DNA of 63,783 bases, filler included, from Octopus bimaculoides (taxonomy: Eukaryota): assembly GCF_001194135.2 (NCBI RefSeq). It is 3 parts of 3 records of this genome, joined end to end, with 100 filler letters (N's around TTAATTAATTAA, not from the genome) between each part and the next. Parts side by side here need not be neighbours in the genome. Positions count along the whole stretch, not along the records: positions 1 to 27,625 come from NC_068986.1; positions 27,726 to 57,091 come from NC_068996.1; 1 more part is not named here. One strand, 5' to 3'. The translations under genes were made by a program, and so were the position numbers. Under the pieces are notes generated by a model. That model was not told the DNA's origin. It did not search any database and saw only the letters and a program-made list of their open reading frames with translations. Positions 27,066-40,089 of the stretch are shown here, piece after piece (the first letter of the stretch is position 1; each line of letters opens with the position of its first letter).

Positions 27066-27585
27066 ATTTAGAATTAGCTAACGATTTAAACATTTTCCCC
27101 TCATAGTTAATGCCTATTAAAATGAAACTTACGGATAATCCTTTTTTTTTTATAGATAGTAGTATAATATCTTTTATTACTGCTACCTAGCATTACTACA
27201 ATATGGTTTCACGCTCAGTTAACCTGGAGTTTATCCCATTTCGTTATTTGTGCATTGTTACTGTTGTTGTTCAGCCCTAGATCAACGTCAGATGAGCAAA
27301 CCAGTAATCAGAGAAGTTCCTTCAATGATCATCTAGACAAACTATAAATAAGACAGCAAAAAGATAGTCGTAAGAACGTAGGATAGAGTTCTCATCAGTA
27401 TTTATCTCGTCTACCTGCGCTCCGAGTTCAGATCCCGCTTAGATTAACTTTGCCATTTTCCCTTTGGGGTCGATAAACAAAGTAATAATAAAGCACTGTA
27501 TAAATCTCTCCCTCCCCTCTCTCTCTCTCTCTCTCTCTCTCTGCATTTATCTCTCTATCTATAAATACACACACACATGTATGTA

Positions 27586-27625
<40 letters not shown>

Positions 27626-27725
27626 NNNNNNNNNNNNNNNNNNNNNNNNNNNNNNNNNNNNNNNNNNNNTTAATTAATTAANNNNNNNNNNNNNNNNNNN
27701 NNNNNNNNNNNNNNNNNNNNNNNNN
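27626..27725. other. Artificial scaffold-joining spacer N44-TTAATTAATTAA-N44
   Basis: Exactly 100 bp, carries stop codons in all six frames, identical copy at 57092-57191. Confidence 0.95.
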
Positions 27726-27960
27726 GTTATTTTTTTTTCCGACATTTTTCAGATATGATACGTGTGAAATGTGAAAATGGAAGTTTTTCAAACGAAGAAT
27801 TCACCCCTAAATGGGGAAATCTCGCCTAACCGACTAGCTCCGCAAGAACCTAGTCAGCTTGGCTACAACAATATATAAAATTTAAAACAGATTTCAAAAG
27901 ATTTCCGGGTAAAAACGGCAACAACTTACAGAGCTTTGGGAGACACGTCCATCTGCTTGA

Positions 27961-28002
<42 letters not shown>

Positions 28003-28876
28003 TGTTTCTGCTATAGACACAAGACCTGAAATTTTGGGAGAGGAGGCTAGTCAGTCAGTTACATTGATCGCAGTACTTGACTGATGTTTCTTTTATTAAC
28101 CCTAAAAAGATAAAGGGCAAAGTTGAACTTGGCAGAATTTGTATCAGTATATAAGAGCACTACATCAATTACAATGACGAGGGTCCCAGCTGATACGATC
28201 AATGGAACAGCTTGTTCATGAAATTAACATGCAAGTGGCTGAGTACGCCACTGACATGTGTACCCTCATTATAGTTCTCAGGGAGATTTAGTGTGACATA
28301 GGGTGTGACAAGGCTGGCCCTTTGAAATACATGTACAACTCATTTTTGCCAGTTGAGTGGACTGTAGCTGCGTGAAGTAAAGTGTCTTGCTCAAGGACAC
28401 AACACGTCACTGGGAATTGAACTCACGACCTTACGATTGTGAGCCGAATGCCCTAACCACTAAGCCACACACATGCCTTCACAATCAGAATGTAAAGCGA
28501 GAGGAAATGGCGCTAAGCATTTTGTCTGGCACAGTAAAGATTCTGTCGACTACTCAAAAGACTGAAATTTTGTAGGGTAGATTGGTTCCTTACATCAACC
28601 CCAGTGTTCAATTGGTATTTATTTTATTGACCCCCAAAAGGATGAAAGGCAAAGTTGATCTTAGAAGCATTTGAACTCAGAATGTAAAACCAGAAGAAAT
28701 GCTGCTAAGCTTTTGCCTGGCATGCTAATGATTCTGTCTGCTTGCCATTGTTTCTAACTTAGATAAATGACAGGAATTATGATACACCTTCATAACAATG
28801 ATTACAATATTGTATTTTTTCTTGTGATATGTTTTGTTTTTTGTTTTGCCATATTCAAATTGAATTATTTTTTTAA

Positions 28877-29155
28877 CCCATTACCTCCCATAATTCTATT
28901 AACTGGAATTTCTTTTATGAAACTTTGATTTCTAGCATAAAACAGTCTTAGAAACACGTTGGAATGATCAAAATAACATTTTAAATAGAAATAAGCGAGA
29001 TATTGAGTGAAAAATTAGCAAACCTCATTTGAATATCAGAGAAATATACCTAAGTAGATATAGCAAAAAGGTTAGATATGTGTAAATATTGACAGATAAT
29101 TACGAAATTTGTAATTTCTAAGTGATCTCATATGAGATCACTGGTAGGTAATGGG
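28877..29155. mobile_element. piggyBac-like MITE (TTAA target)
   Basis: TTAA|CCCATTACCTCCC ... GGTAGGTAATGGG|TTAA. Confidence 0.8.
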
Positions 29156-29206
29156 TTAATGTTGTGTATAATATTTAAAATTTTATTTTTGTGAATTTTA
29201 TTTCAG

Positions 29207-29368
29207 AGCAAATTAAATGCCAAAAGTGCAGGCATGAAATACCAGTGGCAAATTATGGCTGCGATGGGATTAAACGACAAAGAGATTGTGAAATTTACCG
29301 ATTCTGCTTATTGGCTCCGCTATTTCCCTCCATTAGCTATTCACGATTTGAAGAGAATGGGACTAAAA
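29207..29368 (+). CDS. LARS1: LARS1 exon (162 nt, phase 0/0): [54 protein letters not shown]
   Basis: tttcag|AGC ... CTAAAA|gtacgt; YQW..M and YFPPLA..DL motifs. Confidence 0.97.
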
Positions 29369-29476
29369 GTACGTAAATATCTAATGAACATAAATCAAAA
29401 TTAGGATTAGGGAAAGCTCTACAACAGAGAAGGTTGCTTCACAGCCATGCTTCATCATCATCATCATCACCACCAC

Positions 29477-29513
<37 letters not shown>

Positions 29514-32021
29514 GTCATTATCATCATCATCATTTAACATCTGTTTTCCATGCTGGTATGGGTTAGTTTGACCAGATCTGGCAAGCTGGAGAGCTGCAAC
29601 AAACTCCAGCCTGATTTAGCATGGTTTCTATGACTGGATGCCATTCTTAACGCCAACCACTTTACAGAGTGTACTGGGTGCCTTTTATGTGGTACCACAG
29701 GGTGCTTTTGCATGGCACTGCTCTGGTGCGCTTATGTGGTACCGTATGAGCGCTTTTGTGTGGCACTGCCGTGAGTTCCTTACATCACCAGGAGGATTAT
29801 TCTTAGTGCTTCTGAAATTGATTCCACTGCATGGCATCTTGGGCAAGTATCTTAAACTGAAGGTTCATTTTGTGAGAGGGCTTTGGTAGATGGAAATTGT
29901 GAAGTCCATTGTGTATGTGCCCCAGCTTGGCCACAGGCTAACAACTGAAACAAGTAAACGATAAAAGGTAAAAGAATAATGACTCAGCAGGTTGCATTCA
30001 ACTCCTGTCATTCTCTTGTTGAACTGCTAAGTTACAGGGACGTAAACACACCAACACCAGTCATCAAGCAGTGGTGACAGGACAAACAAATAAATGCTCT
30101 CACACACACACAGACACACACACACAATGAGCTTCTTCCAGTTTTCTTCTGCCAAATCCACTCTCAAGATTTCAGTCAGCTGAGGGTATAGTAGAAAATA
30201 CTTGCCCAAGGAGTCACACAGTAGGACAGAACCCAGAACCGTGTGGCTGGAAAGCAAACTCCTAACCACACAGCCATGCCTGTGTTTTTTATTTCTATTC
30301 TTTTTGAATTTTTCAAATTGTAAAGATAATTTATGGACACTCTGTATATATACTCATGTATGAATTCTATATATCATGTCTGTTCTACTAAACTTGTATG
30401 TATGTATGCACTTTTATATATATATATATATGGAAATAGGTCACCCATTTCTAGCCATTTAAATACAACAGGGACCAGTTTCCCACCCCTCTCCTTTTTG
30501 TTTTTTGTTTCTTTTCTCTCCGCTTTTCCTGTTTTTCTCTTCTTCTATTTTCTTCTCTTTCCCCCATCTTTATTTACTTTAACACCTGATGTATTGGACT
30601 CCGAACATTCTGGAATATATGTAGGAGTGGCTGTGTGGTAAGTAGCTTGCTTACCACCCACATGGTTCCAGGTTCAGTCACACTGCGTGGCACCTTGGAC
30701 AAGTGTCTTCTACTATAGCCTCGTGGTTTAATGCTCTTATCTTAGACTTTTTTGTGGGGCAACCAGATCGAACCATCTCCAGTGTACCTGCCCGAAATGG
30801 TCATGACTTCTGGGACTTGACTGATGAAAGAAAGCCAAGAATGACCCGTCTTTTTTCGCTTGTCCTTTTTTTTTCTTGTTTCTTTTGTCTGCCTTTGTAT
30901 CGTCCATCTGTCCGACTATTTTAATGTCCTCTATTGCATTTTTGTTCCATATTTATATATATATATATATTTACATACATATAAGCGGAGAGAGAAAAGA
31001 AACAAAAACAAAAAGGAGAGGGGCGGGAAACTAGTCCCTGTTGTATCTAAATGGCTAGAAATGGGTGATCTATTTCCATATATATATACATATGTACGTA
31101 CATACATACAAGTTTAGTAGAACAGACACGATATATAGAATTCATACATGAGTATATATACAGAGTGTCCATAAATGTAAATGGCGGTGCCCCAGCATGG
31201 CCACAGCTCATGAGCTGAAACTAGATAAAATGAATAAAAAAATGATACATACTCATACATACATACATACGTACATACATACAATGTTTGGCTTAAGACC
31301 AAAAGTAGATTGAATATTATTTGTTACAAAAACAACTGACATTATGATGTTACATTTCTCTTTAGTTATTTTGAAATTATTTCTAATTCATTTCTTTTTG
31401 AAAATAAATCTTAGGTTGATTGGCGTCGATCGTTCATCACAACGGATGCAAACCCATATTATGATTCATTTGTTCGATGGCATTTTCTGAAACTGAATGA
31501 GCATGACAAAGTGAAATTCGGGAAACGGTATGTATTCTTTAATTTACCTTTTTTTTTTTTGGCTTGTTCCAGTCTGTGGACTGCAACCATACTTGGAGCC
31601 CCACTTTGTAGGGGTTAGTCGAACAAATCAACCCCAGTATTTATTCTAAGTTTGTTACTTATGCTCTAGGTGTCCTTAGCCAAACTGTTAAGTTATCAGG
31701 ACTTAAATGAATGAAGACCAATTGTCAAATGGTGGGGAGACACACAAAGACATAAAGACGTGCACCCACGTTTGCATGTGTATATGTCTGTGTGTGCATA
31801 TATGTGTATATATTCTTTTACTTGTTTCAGTCATTTGACTGTGGCTATGATGGAGCACCACCTCAAAGGGTTTTTTGGTTGAAGAAATCAACCCCAGGAC
31901 TTATTATTTGAAAGCCTACTAATTCTAACGGTATCTTTTGCTGAACTACTGGGTTATAGGGATGCAAACTTACCAACATCAGTTGTCAAGCAATGGTGGG
32001 GGGACAAACACAGACATAAAG

Positions 32022-32056
<35 letters not shown>

Positions 32057-35000
32057 ACAGGCTTTGTTCAGTTTCTGTTTATGAAATCTAATCTCTTCAG
32101 ATTTTAACCTCCTATATCCTAATCTTGCATGTTGCATGGCAACCTCACTAATGCTGGTGCCATGGAAAGAGTACTCACTACATGTTGTAAAGTGGTTGGC
32201 ATTAGGAAAGGCATTTGGGCACAGAAACTATGTTAAAGCACAAAATGGGAACATGATGCAGTCCTCAAATCCATTTGATCCTGGTAAAATCTTCAACTGA
32301 TGCCAGAATAGAATGTGGACATTAAATGGATGATACAAATTCATCCAGAAGATATAGTTTGGCCCACAGCTCTGGTAGGAGACACTTGCCCAAGGTACTA
32401 CACACTGGGGCTGAACCCCAAAACCACATGGTTGTGACACAAACTCCTGAACCATACAGCTGCGACTGAACCCATTTAACTAAAATGTATTCTACCACCT
32501 ACCCTTTCTTCTTCCAGAAGTGTCTATTTCTATTTTTTTCTCATTTGCTTCACTTCAAATTTATGGGGTTTATAATTATACACATCTTGTATATATATAT
32601 AAAGAGTGACATTTCTCAATACAAAAAGGCAGTCCTTTAGTTTGCTGGCTCCTGTCCAACCATGCCAGCATGGAAAATGGACATTATATCATCATCATCA
32701 TTGTTTAACGTCTGCTTTCCATGCTAGCATGGGTTGGACGATTTGACTGAGGACTGGTGAACCGGATGGCTGCACCAGGCTCCAATCTGATCTGGCAGAG
32801 TTTCTACAGCTGGATGCCCTTCCTAACGCCAACCACTCCGAGAGTGTAGTGGGTGCTTTTACGTGCCACTGGCATGAGGGCCAGTCACGCGGTACTGGCA
32901 ACAGCCACGCTCAAAATGGTGTTTTTTACGTGCCACCTGCACAGGAGCCAGTCCAGCGGCACTGGCAACGACCTCGCTCTAATGATTTTCTAACGTGCCC
33001 ACCAGCACAAGTGCCAGTAAGGCAACGCTGGTAACGATCTGATAATGATAATTGTAATTTATTTTTTATATTATACTAGCTTAAAAGCTGCACTCCATGT
33101 GGACCTTTGAGCAGTCTCCTGTGGAAAGCTAATTGTACCTGCAGCCCAAAACTAAAGAGAGCTAAACAGCATGACTATAAATATGTCTATATTGACTATA
33201 TGCCCCGGTGGTGTTTGAACAGAGGTTAAGGACGGATGAGAATTAATTCTGTAATACAATCATTCTAGTGTCCCAGGACCAATTTGAACTCCACCTGTTG
33301 GTCAATTTGTCCCAGAGTTCTTATCTTGGCATAAAATTAACAAAGTGAATGTCATTTATCTCCCCCTTGATCTCTGACATCAAGATGGCATGAATCAGCC
33401 AAGATTTACCTGCTAGAAATAGTAACCCAAATGCTTTTAAATCAGATCCCAATGCTGGATGTTCAAGAACCAAATGAAGGGCAGATTTTCAATCCTTGGG
33501 TCAACCTATGCAGTGCAAATGTAGACTGAGATACAGGGGTCCCTGACGGACGGACAAAATTTTGCTTTTATTATTATAAACAAACTGTTAAAAGCACATC
33601 CGAGCGTGATTGTTGCCAGTGCTGCCGGATTGGCTCCCGTGCAGGTAGCATGTAAAAATACCTTTTGAGCATGGTCATTGCCAGAACCGCCTGACTGGCC
33701 CTCGTGCTGGTGGCACGTAAAAGCACCCACTACACTCTTGGAGTGGTTGGCATTAGGAAAGGCATCCAGCTGTAGAAACTTTGCCAGATCAGATTGAGCC
33801 TGGTGTAGCCTTCTGGCTCACTAGTCCTTAGTCAAACCCCATCCAACCCATGCCAGTATGGAAAGCGGACATTAAACGATGATGATATGATGATGTGTTA
33901 CGACTGTTTACAAGTCATGTGTTGTCAGTTAATGACTTATAATATTATTTGTTTAATTACTGTAATTATTATTTGTAATATTTAAATGTCACATTATAAC
34001 ATGACATTTCTCTCTTTTACTATTTTTTTCTAACTCAAAATTATAACTTTTTCCCTGCTATTTTATTTCTATTCTGCAATGTGGTAAAGTGTAAACACTG
34101 TAAAAAATTCAACATTTAAAGATGATAATAAACATGAGACATCATTTTATAATGCCATAAATGCCATATATTTTAATACTTGCCATATAACGGAAACACA
34201 GTGAAGGGGAAAAATGAAAGCAAAATAGAGTGAAAGACCAACTACTACACTTAGAATAACTATCTGCACAATTGATTCAGTGATTCATTACTTTTTTCTC
34301 ATCAGTCAAATCATTAGTCCTTATAGGTTACTGTGACCTATATTTTCATTAATATGTCGAGTAAATGCACTGCTGAGTTGTTAGCTGTCACATCATCATC
34401 AGCATCATCATTTTCATCATCATCATCGTCGTTTAACGTCCGCTTTCCATGCTGGCATGGGTTGGACGGTTTGATTGAGGACTGGTGAAACCAGATGGCT
34501 ACACAAGGCTCCAATCTGATTTGGCAGAGTTTCTACAGCTGGATGCCCTTCCTAACACCAACCACTCCAAGAGTGTAAAGGGTGTNNNNNNNNNNNNNNN
34601 NNNNNNNNNNNNNNNNNNNNNNNNNNNNNNNNNNNNNNNNNNNNNNNNNNNNNNNNNNNNNNNNNNNNNNNNGCCATCAGCAAGACTAAAGAGCCCTCTC
34701 AAGCCCTGTGTTACCTCTCCTTCACTTGGTTACAATCACCTAAAGAGTGTTTTGGGTGCTTTTTGTGGTGTGAGTACTCTTGGGAAGGGGTTGAACTTGC
34801 AGCTTGCAAAATGAAAAGGAGCCTCTATGATAGAAGGAACAAATTTATTATCATCATCATTTAACGACTGCTTTCCATGCTGGCATGGGTTAGACAGTTT
34901 GATTGGAACTGGCAAGCTAGAGAGTTGCACCAGGTTCCAGTCTGATTTGGCTTGGTTTCTACAGCTGGATGCCCTTCCTAACACCAACCACTCCAAGAGT

Positions 35001-38000
35001 GTAAAGGGTGTTTTTTTACTTGCTAGTGGCAAGGGTGCTTTTATGTGCCACTGGCACCAGTGCCAGTTATGTGACACTGGCATTGGCCATAACTATGATT
35101 TTACTTGATCGACAAGTTTTCTCAAGCACAGCATATTGCCAAAGATCTCAGTCACTTGTCATTGCCTCTGTGAGGCCCAACATTCAAATATCATGCTTCA
35201 TCACTTTGTGGTAATGGATATTTTTTTCTCCAATGACTGAATCTGGTGGAAGGAGTATTGCCCATGATCTTTACTGGTCCACAAAGATAGGTGAGCTTCT
35301 TAAGCAGTTGCTAGTCAAGATCTGCCAGAAAGACATGAACAGGGTAAAGATTCCAGAGGGTCAACATTCTGCGGAAGGACTGGATGGTCAATATGAGGTT
35401 GGGTGTGTGTGTGTGTAGGGTTGTGGTGGAGCTGTTGTATGCAGCAAGAGTAATGAAAGGTGGAAAAATGAGTTGGCCAGGAACATCTGAGGNNNNNNNN
35501 NNNNNNNNNNNNNNNNNNNNNNNNNNNNNNNNNNNNNNNNNNNNNNNNNNNNNNNNNNNNNNNNNNNNNNNNNNNNNNNNNNNNNNNNNNNNNNNNNNNN
35601 NNNNNNNNNNNNNNNNNNNNNNNNNNNNNNNNGGCCAGAGATTGGAACATGTCTGTTATTGTTTGAATACCAATCAGTTGATCGGCTCACTTTTCTTTCA
35701 TTGTAGGAAATATATTGAAAAATGGTTGTCAGAAAGTAAAGTAAATTTTTCTTTTCATCTCTTTTTACAGGTACACAATTTTTTCTCCATTAGACGATCA
35801 ACCATGCATGGATCATGACAGAAGTAGTGGTGAGGTAAGGAATTTTAAAAAACATTTAAAAAACCTTATTAGCTTCTATCTGTTTTAACCCTATTGTTTG
35901 ACCCCCCCCCCTACATTAAAAATGTATTTAGATACAGGAAAAAATTCTCAATTTTTAAAATTTTTATCAAGGTGTATTTATTGTGTGAATAATGCCTCTT
36001 TTCTGTACTGCTAAGATATAGGGATGTAAACAAACCAACATTGGTTGTTAAGCAGTGGTGTGGGGACACACAAAGGCACACACATACACACACATATATG
36101 TGATGGGCTTCTTTGAGTTTACCAAATCCACTCACAAGGCTTTGGTTGGCCTGGGGCTATGGTAGAATACACTTGCTCAAGATGCCATACAGTGGGATTT
36201 GAACCCAGAACCATGTGATTGAGAAGCAAGCTTCTCACCATGTAGCCATATCTTAGCATTGTCCAAGTATTTGCAAAAATTCAGCAGTTACCTTTCACTT
36301 GTTTCAGTCATTGGACTGTGGCTATACTGGAGCACTGCCACAAAGGGTTTAGTCAAACAAATCAATCCCAGTATTCATTTTAGCCACTGCTGGGTAGTGT
36401 GTTTAATTTGTTGATTGACCGCTGCTGTGAATTCCCCCTTGTTTTTCAAAAATCCCCCCTAAATCACAAAATAAGGTGGGGAAATCTGTCCTATTTTTCA
36501 AATCCTGGTAGCAACACTGAAGCTGGAAGCAGGATAATAATCTAATTCTACACTTTGTCACTTTCAAGAATGTAACCACGTTTTTAAGGACAACACACGT
36601 GGAGTCAAAAAGAAACACTACCTTTCACCAGCACTGCATGAACGACAGTGCTATCTCTCCCTAATGTGAAGCTTCCTATCTCGGATATGTGAGCATGCGC
36701 ACAACAGCCAAATACCGCGTCGCTGGAACTGTGAAGTGCACAGTTCTATACCAGGATTTTTGTATTTTTTTTCATAAATTAGGGGATGGCTACTGACATT
36801 AAGCTTAAGGATTATATAATGTACAAGTATAAATACCCAGCACACTCTGTTAAATGGTTGGCATTAGGATGAGCAGCCAGCCGTAGAAACCATGCCTCAA
36901 CAGACCACTGGTGTTTGGACAACTCCGTGTCAAACCGTCCAACCCATGCCAGCATGGAAAGCAGACATTAAAGGATAATGATTATGTAGTGTCCCAACAG
37001 CTAGCATCTGATATGGGTACTTTATTATTCTGAGCATGAAAAAAAATGTTTGTATCAAATATAGGTAGACACCACCCCCACATTGTACCTCACCAGCAGA
37101 ACTACTTCTATTCACTAAATGATGTTTCTCCATTTTTCCTTTTGCAGGGTGTTGGTCCACAGGAATATACCCTAATTAAAATGGGTCTAATGGAACCTTT
37201 TCCTGCCAAATTAAGGTAATAAATAATTACTTAATTATTTTCATATTCAGTGACAGAAATTTGGCACCAGATACAATCTGAAACATTTTTTTTCTCCTCA
37301 ACTCAGCTTGGCATAGTTTGGTATAGATCAGTGGTTCCCAGACTTTTTAGGGGTTCTGCCTCCTTGGCACCCAAGTCACATTCCTAGCACCCACCACCAC
37401 AAACATAGAACACTTTCAGCAGCAAACGTAAAATAACTGTATTTCACAAATAAGACTTAACCTAATCAACCCATTATTTTGTTGTTTCTACATCCATTAC
37501 CCCCTTTTGGCTACCCCGTTATTGTCCCCACCTTTCTTCAATGCCCCCTGGATCTTTCCATTGCTTCCAGGGAGTGGGGCAGTACTGCCCAGTTTGGGAA
37601 CCACTGATTTAGGTAGATGCTTTGTCTCTCGCTTAACTCACTGTCTGGTTTTTCTCGGTATACAAAAATCTTTAATACAACATGGTAAGCACCATGAGAT
37701 TCTTCGTAGTCAAAGTTACATGCCTGGTGTTGTGGAAAGTTGTGTTGTGAGCACAACACAAGTCTGTGAGCTGCGTGTGCATACAGGGTGTGCACATTGC
37801 AGCCCTTCAGTAAGAACCAAAGTCTGATTTCAATGTGACTTTTGGACTGAGGTTGAGTATTTGAATATCTTCTCACTGTTTTCTGTAGATTTAGAGAAAG
37901 ATTTGAATATGTTTCTATGCTGTTCTTTATAATGGTGTATATTATGTTCTTGTTTCAGTCATTTGACTGTGACCATTCTGGAGCACCGCCTTTAATTTAA

Positions 38001-40035
38001 ACAAATTGACCCCAGGACTTATTCTTTGTAAGCCTAGTACTTATTCTATCGGTCTCTTTTGCTGAACCGTTAAGTTACGGGGACAGAAACACACCAACAT
38101 CGGTTATCAAGTGATGGTAGGGTGACAACCACAGACACACAAATATATATATACGACGGGCGTCTTTCAGTTTCTGTCTATCAAATCCACTCACAAGGCT
38201 TTGCTTAGCCCGAAGCTATAGTAGGAGACATTTGCCTTAGATGCCACACAGTGGGACTGAACCTGGAACCATGTGGTTGGGAAGCAAGCTTCTTACCACA
38301 CAGTCATGCGTTTACAGCTAAGTGAACTGAGCAAACAAGAGTTTGTACCTTGGTGTAATTGTTTTACAAGATATGAGTTGTTGACCCATTGGCTCGTAGT
38401 GACATGCCTCATCAACTTGACCACTTCAAGCTCACTATTGCAACAAGGTTATAATCTGGAGTAAAACTTTATGACTAAAACAATGGTTGTTGTTGATGTT
38501 TAAGGAAAAAATGTATTTTATCATTAAACTGAATCATCAAAGGCCCTTTGCATAATGACATATAGTAGTGAGTGATGTAAATTAGCAAGGGAGATTCAAC
38601 TTTTATAGCAATTTGTGCAGTAGGGATAATAGAACTGGGAGACATCTCTATATCTTTTGAAATCATGAATTTACATCTGGAAAGTTCCTCTCCAAAGCAA
38701 AGATGGGAGCAGATTTTTTTTACCTTTTTATGAAAGACCTGTGTATATCAGTCTTTTCTTTTCTTGTGACCAGTCTTTAACCCTTTTGATACCAACCTGG
38801 CTGAAACCGCCTCTGGCTCTCTAGTCTTGTTTTTATAAGATTTGAATTAAAATCTTCCACCAAACCTTAGTCACAATTTATGTTCCTAACACTAGTTTAA
38901 TGATAACTAAGTTATTTTACTAAATTCTTTGTTATATTTAAAGTAATTGAAAGAAATACAGAGCATCTCAATAGAAATATGGTAACAAAAGGGTTAAAGG
39001 AATGGCAAGGTTGAATATAGCTTGGCACCAGTGACATTACTACTAGAACACAAAAATCTGGCAGGAAAAAGGCAAATTTCACAAGGCATTCCATTGTCTC
39101 TGATACTCTAACAATTCCATCACAATCTGCTGCCCTGGACTGGTAATTATTTATTAATTTCAGAAATTGGCTTTGAGCTTACCGTGATGTCCTTCCTGTC
39201 ACCAATCCCCACCTGTATCCAAGCAAGGAAATGTTGCCCCATGCCCAAGCATGTTTTCACAGAATATTGGAAATGAATAACATTCATTTACAAGAATCAT
39301 GCAATGGCTAGACAAGGAGACACAAACATACACACACATACATATGAAGGGGTGCTGAAAACTTCCTGGTTTTAAGGATCTCGTGAAAAGTCTGGTTCGA
39401 GGCCCACCCTTTCAAGTTCTTTTACAGGGTTTACAAAGAACTGAAGGACTGTTGCAATAAGTGTGTGAATCTGAGAAGTGAATATGTTGAATAAAATCAT
39501 AATTAATAGATCATCCTGTATTTTCTTTTATCCAAAGCCAGGAACTTTTCAGCACCTCCTTATTTACACACACACACACACACACACTCATATCCACCTG
39601 AGCTGGTGCTATGTTGAAAGCACCCTGTAAAGTGGTTGGCATCAAGAAGGGTATCCAGCTGTAGAAACCAAGCCAAAACAGACATATGGGAGCCAGGTCC
39701 TGTCAAATTGTCCAACTCATGCCAGCATGGAAAACAAATGTTAAATGATGATGACATGTATATGATTCGCCATGCTGGACCACTGAAATCTGCAAGTTCT
39801 TTTCATTCTCTCTTTCTCTTTTATTTTTTTATCTTTTCTCTTACTTGTTTCAGTCATTTGACTGTGGCTGTGCTGGAGCACCGCCTTTATAGTCGAGCAA
39901 ATCAACCCCAGAGCTTATTCTTTGTAAGCCTAATACGTGTTCTATCGTTCTTTTTTGCTGAACCGCTAAGTTACGAGGACGCAAACACACCAGCATCGGT
40001 TGTCAAGCCATGTTGGGGGGACAAACACAGACACA

Positions 40036-40089
<54 letters not shown>

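Noticed and set aside
27730-27960. Acceptor-like TTTTTCAG followed by short ORFs, considered as a missing LARS1 5' exon
   Set aside because: No frame resembles the LARS1 N-terminus and all frames stop early.
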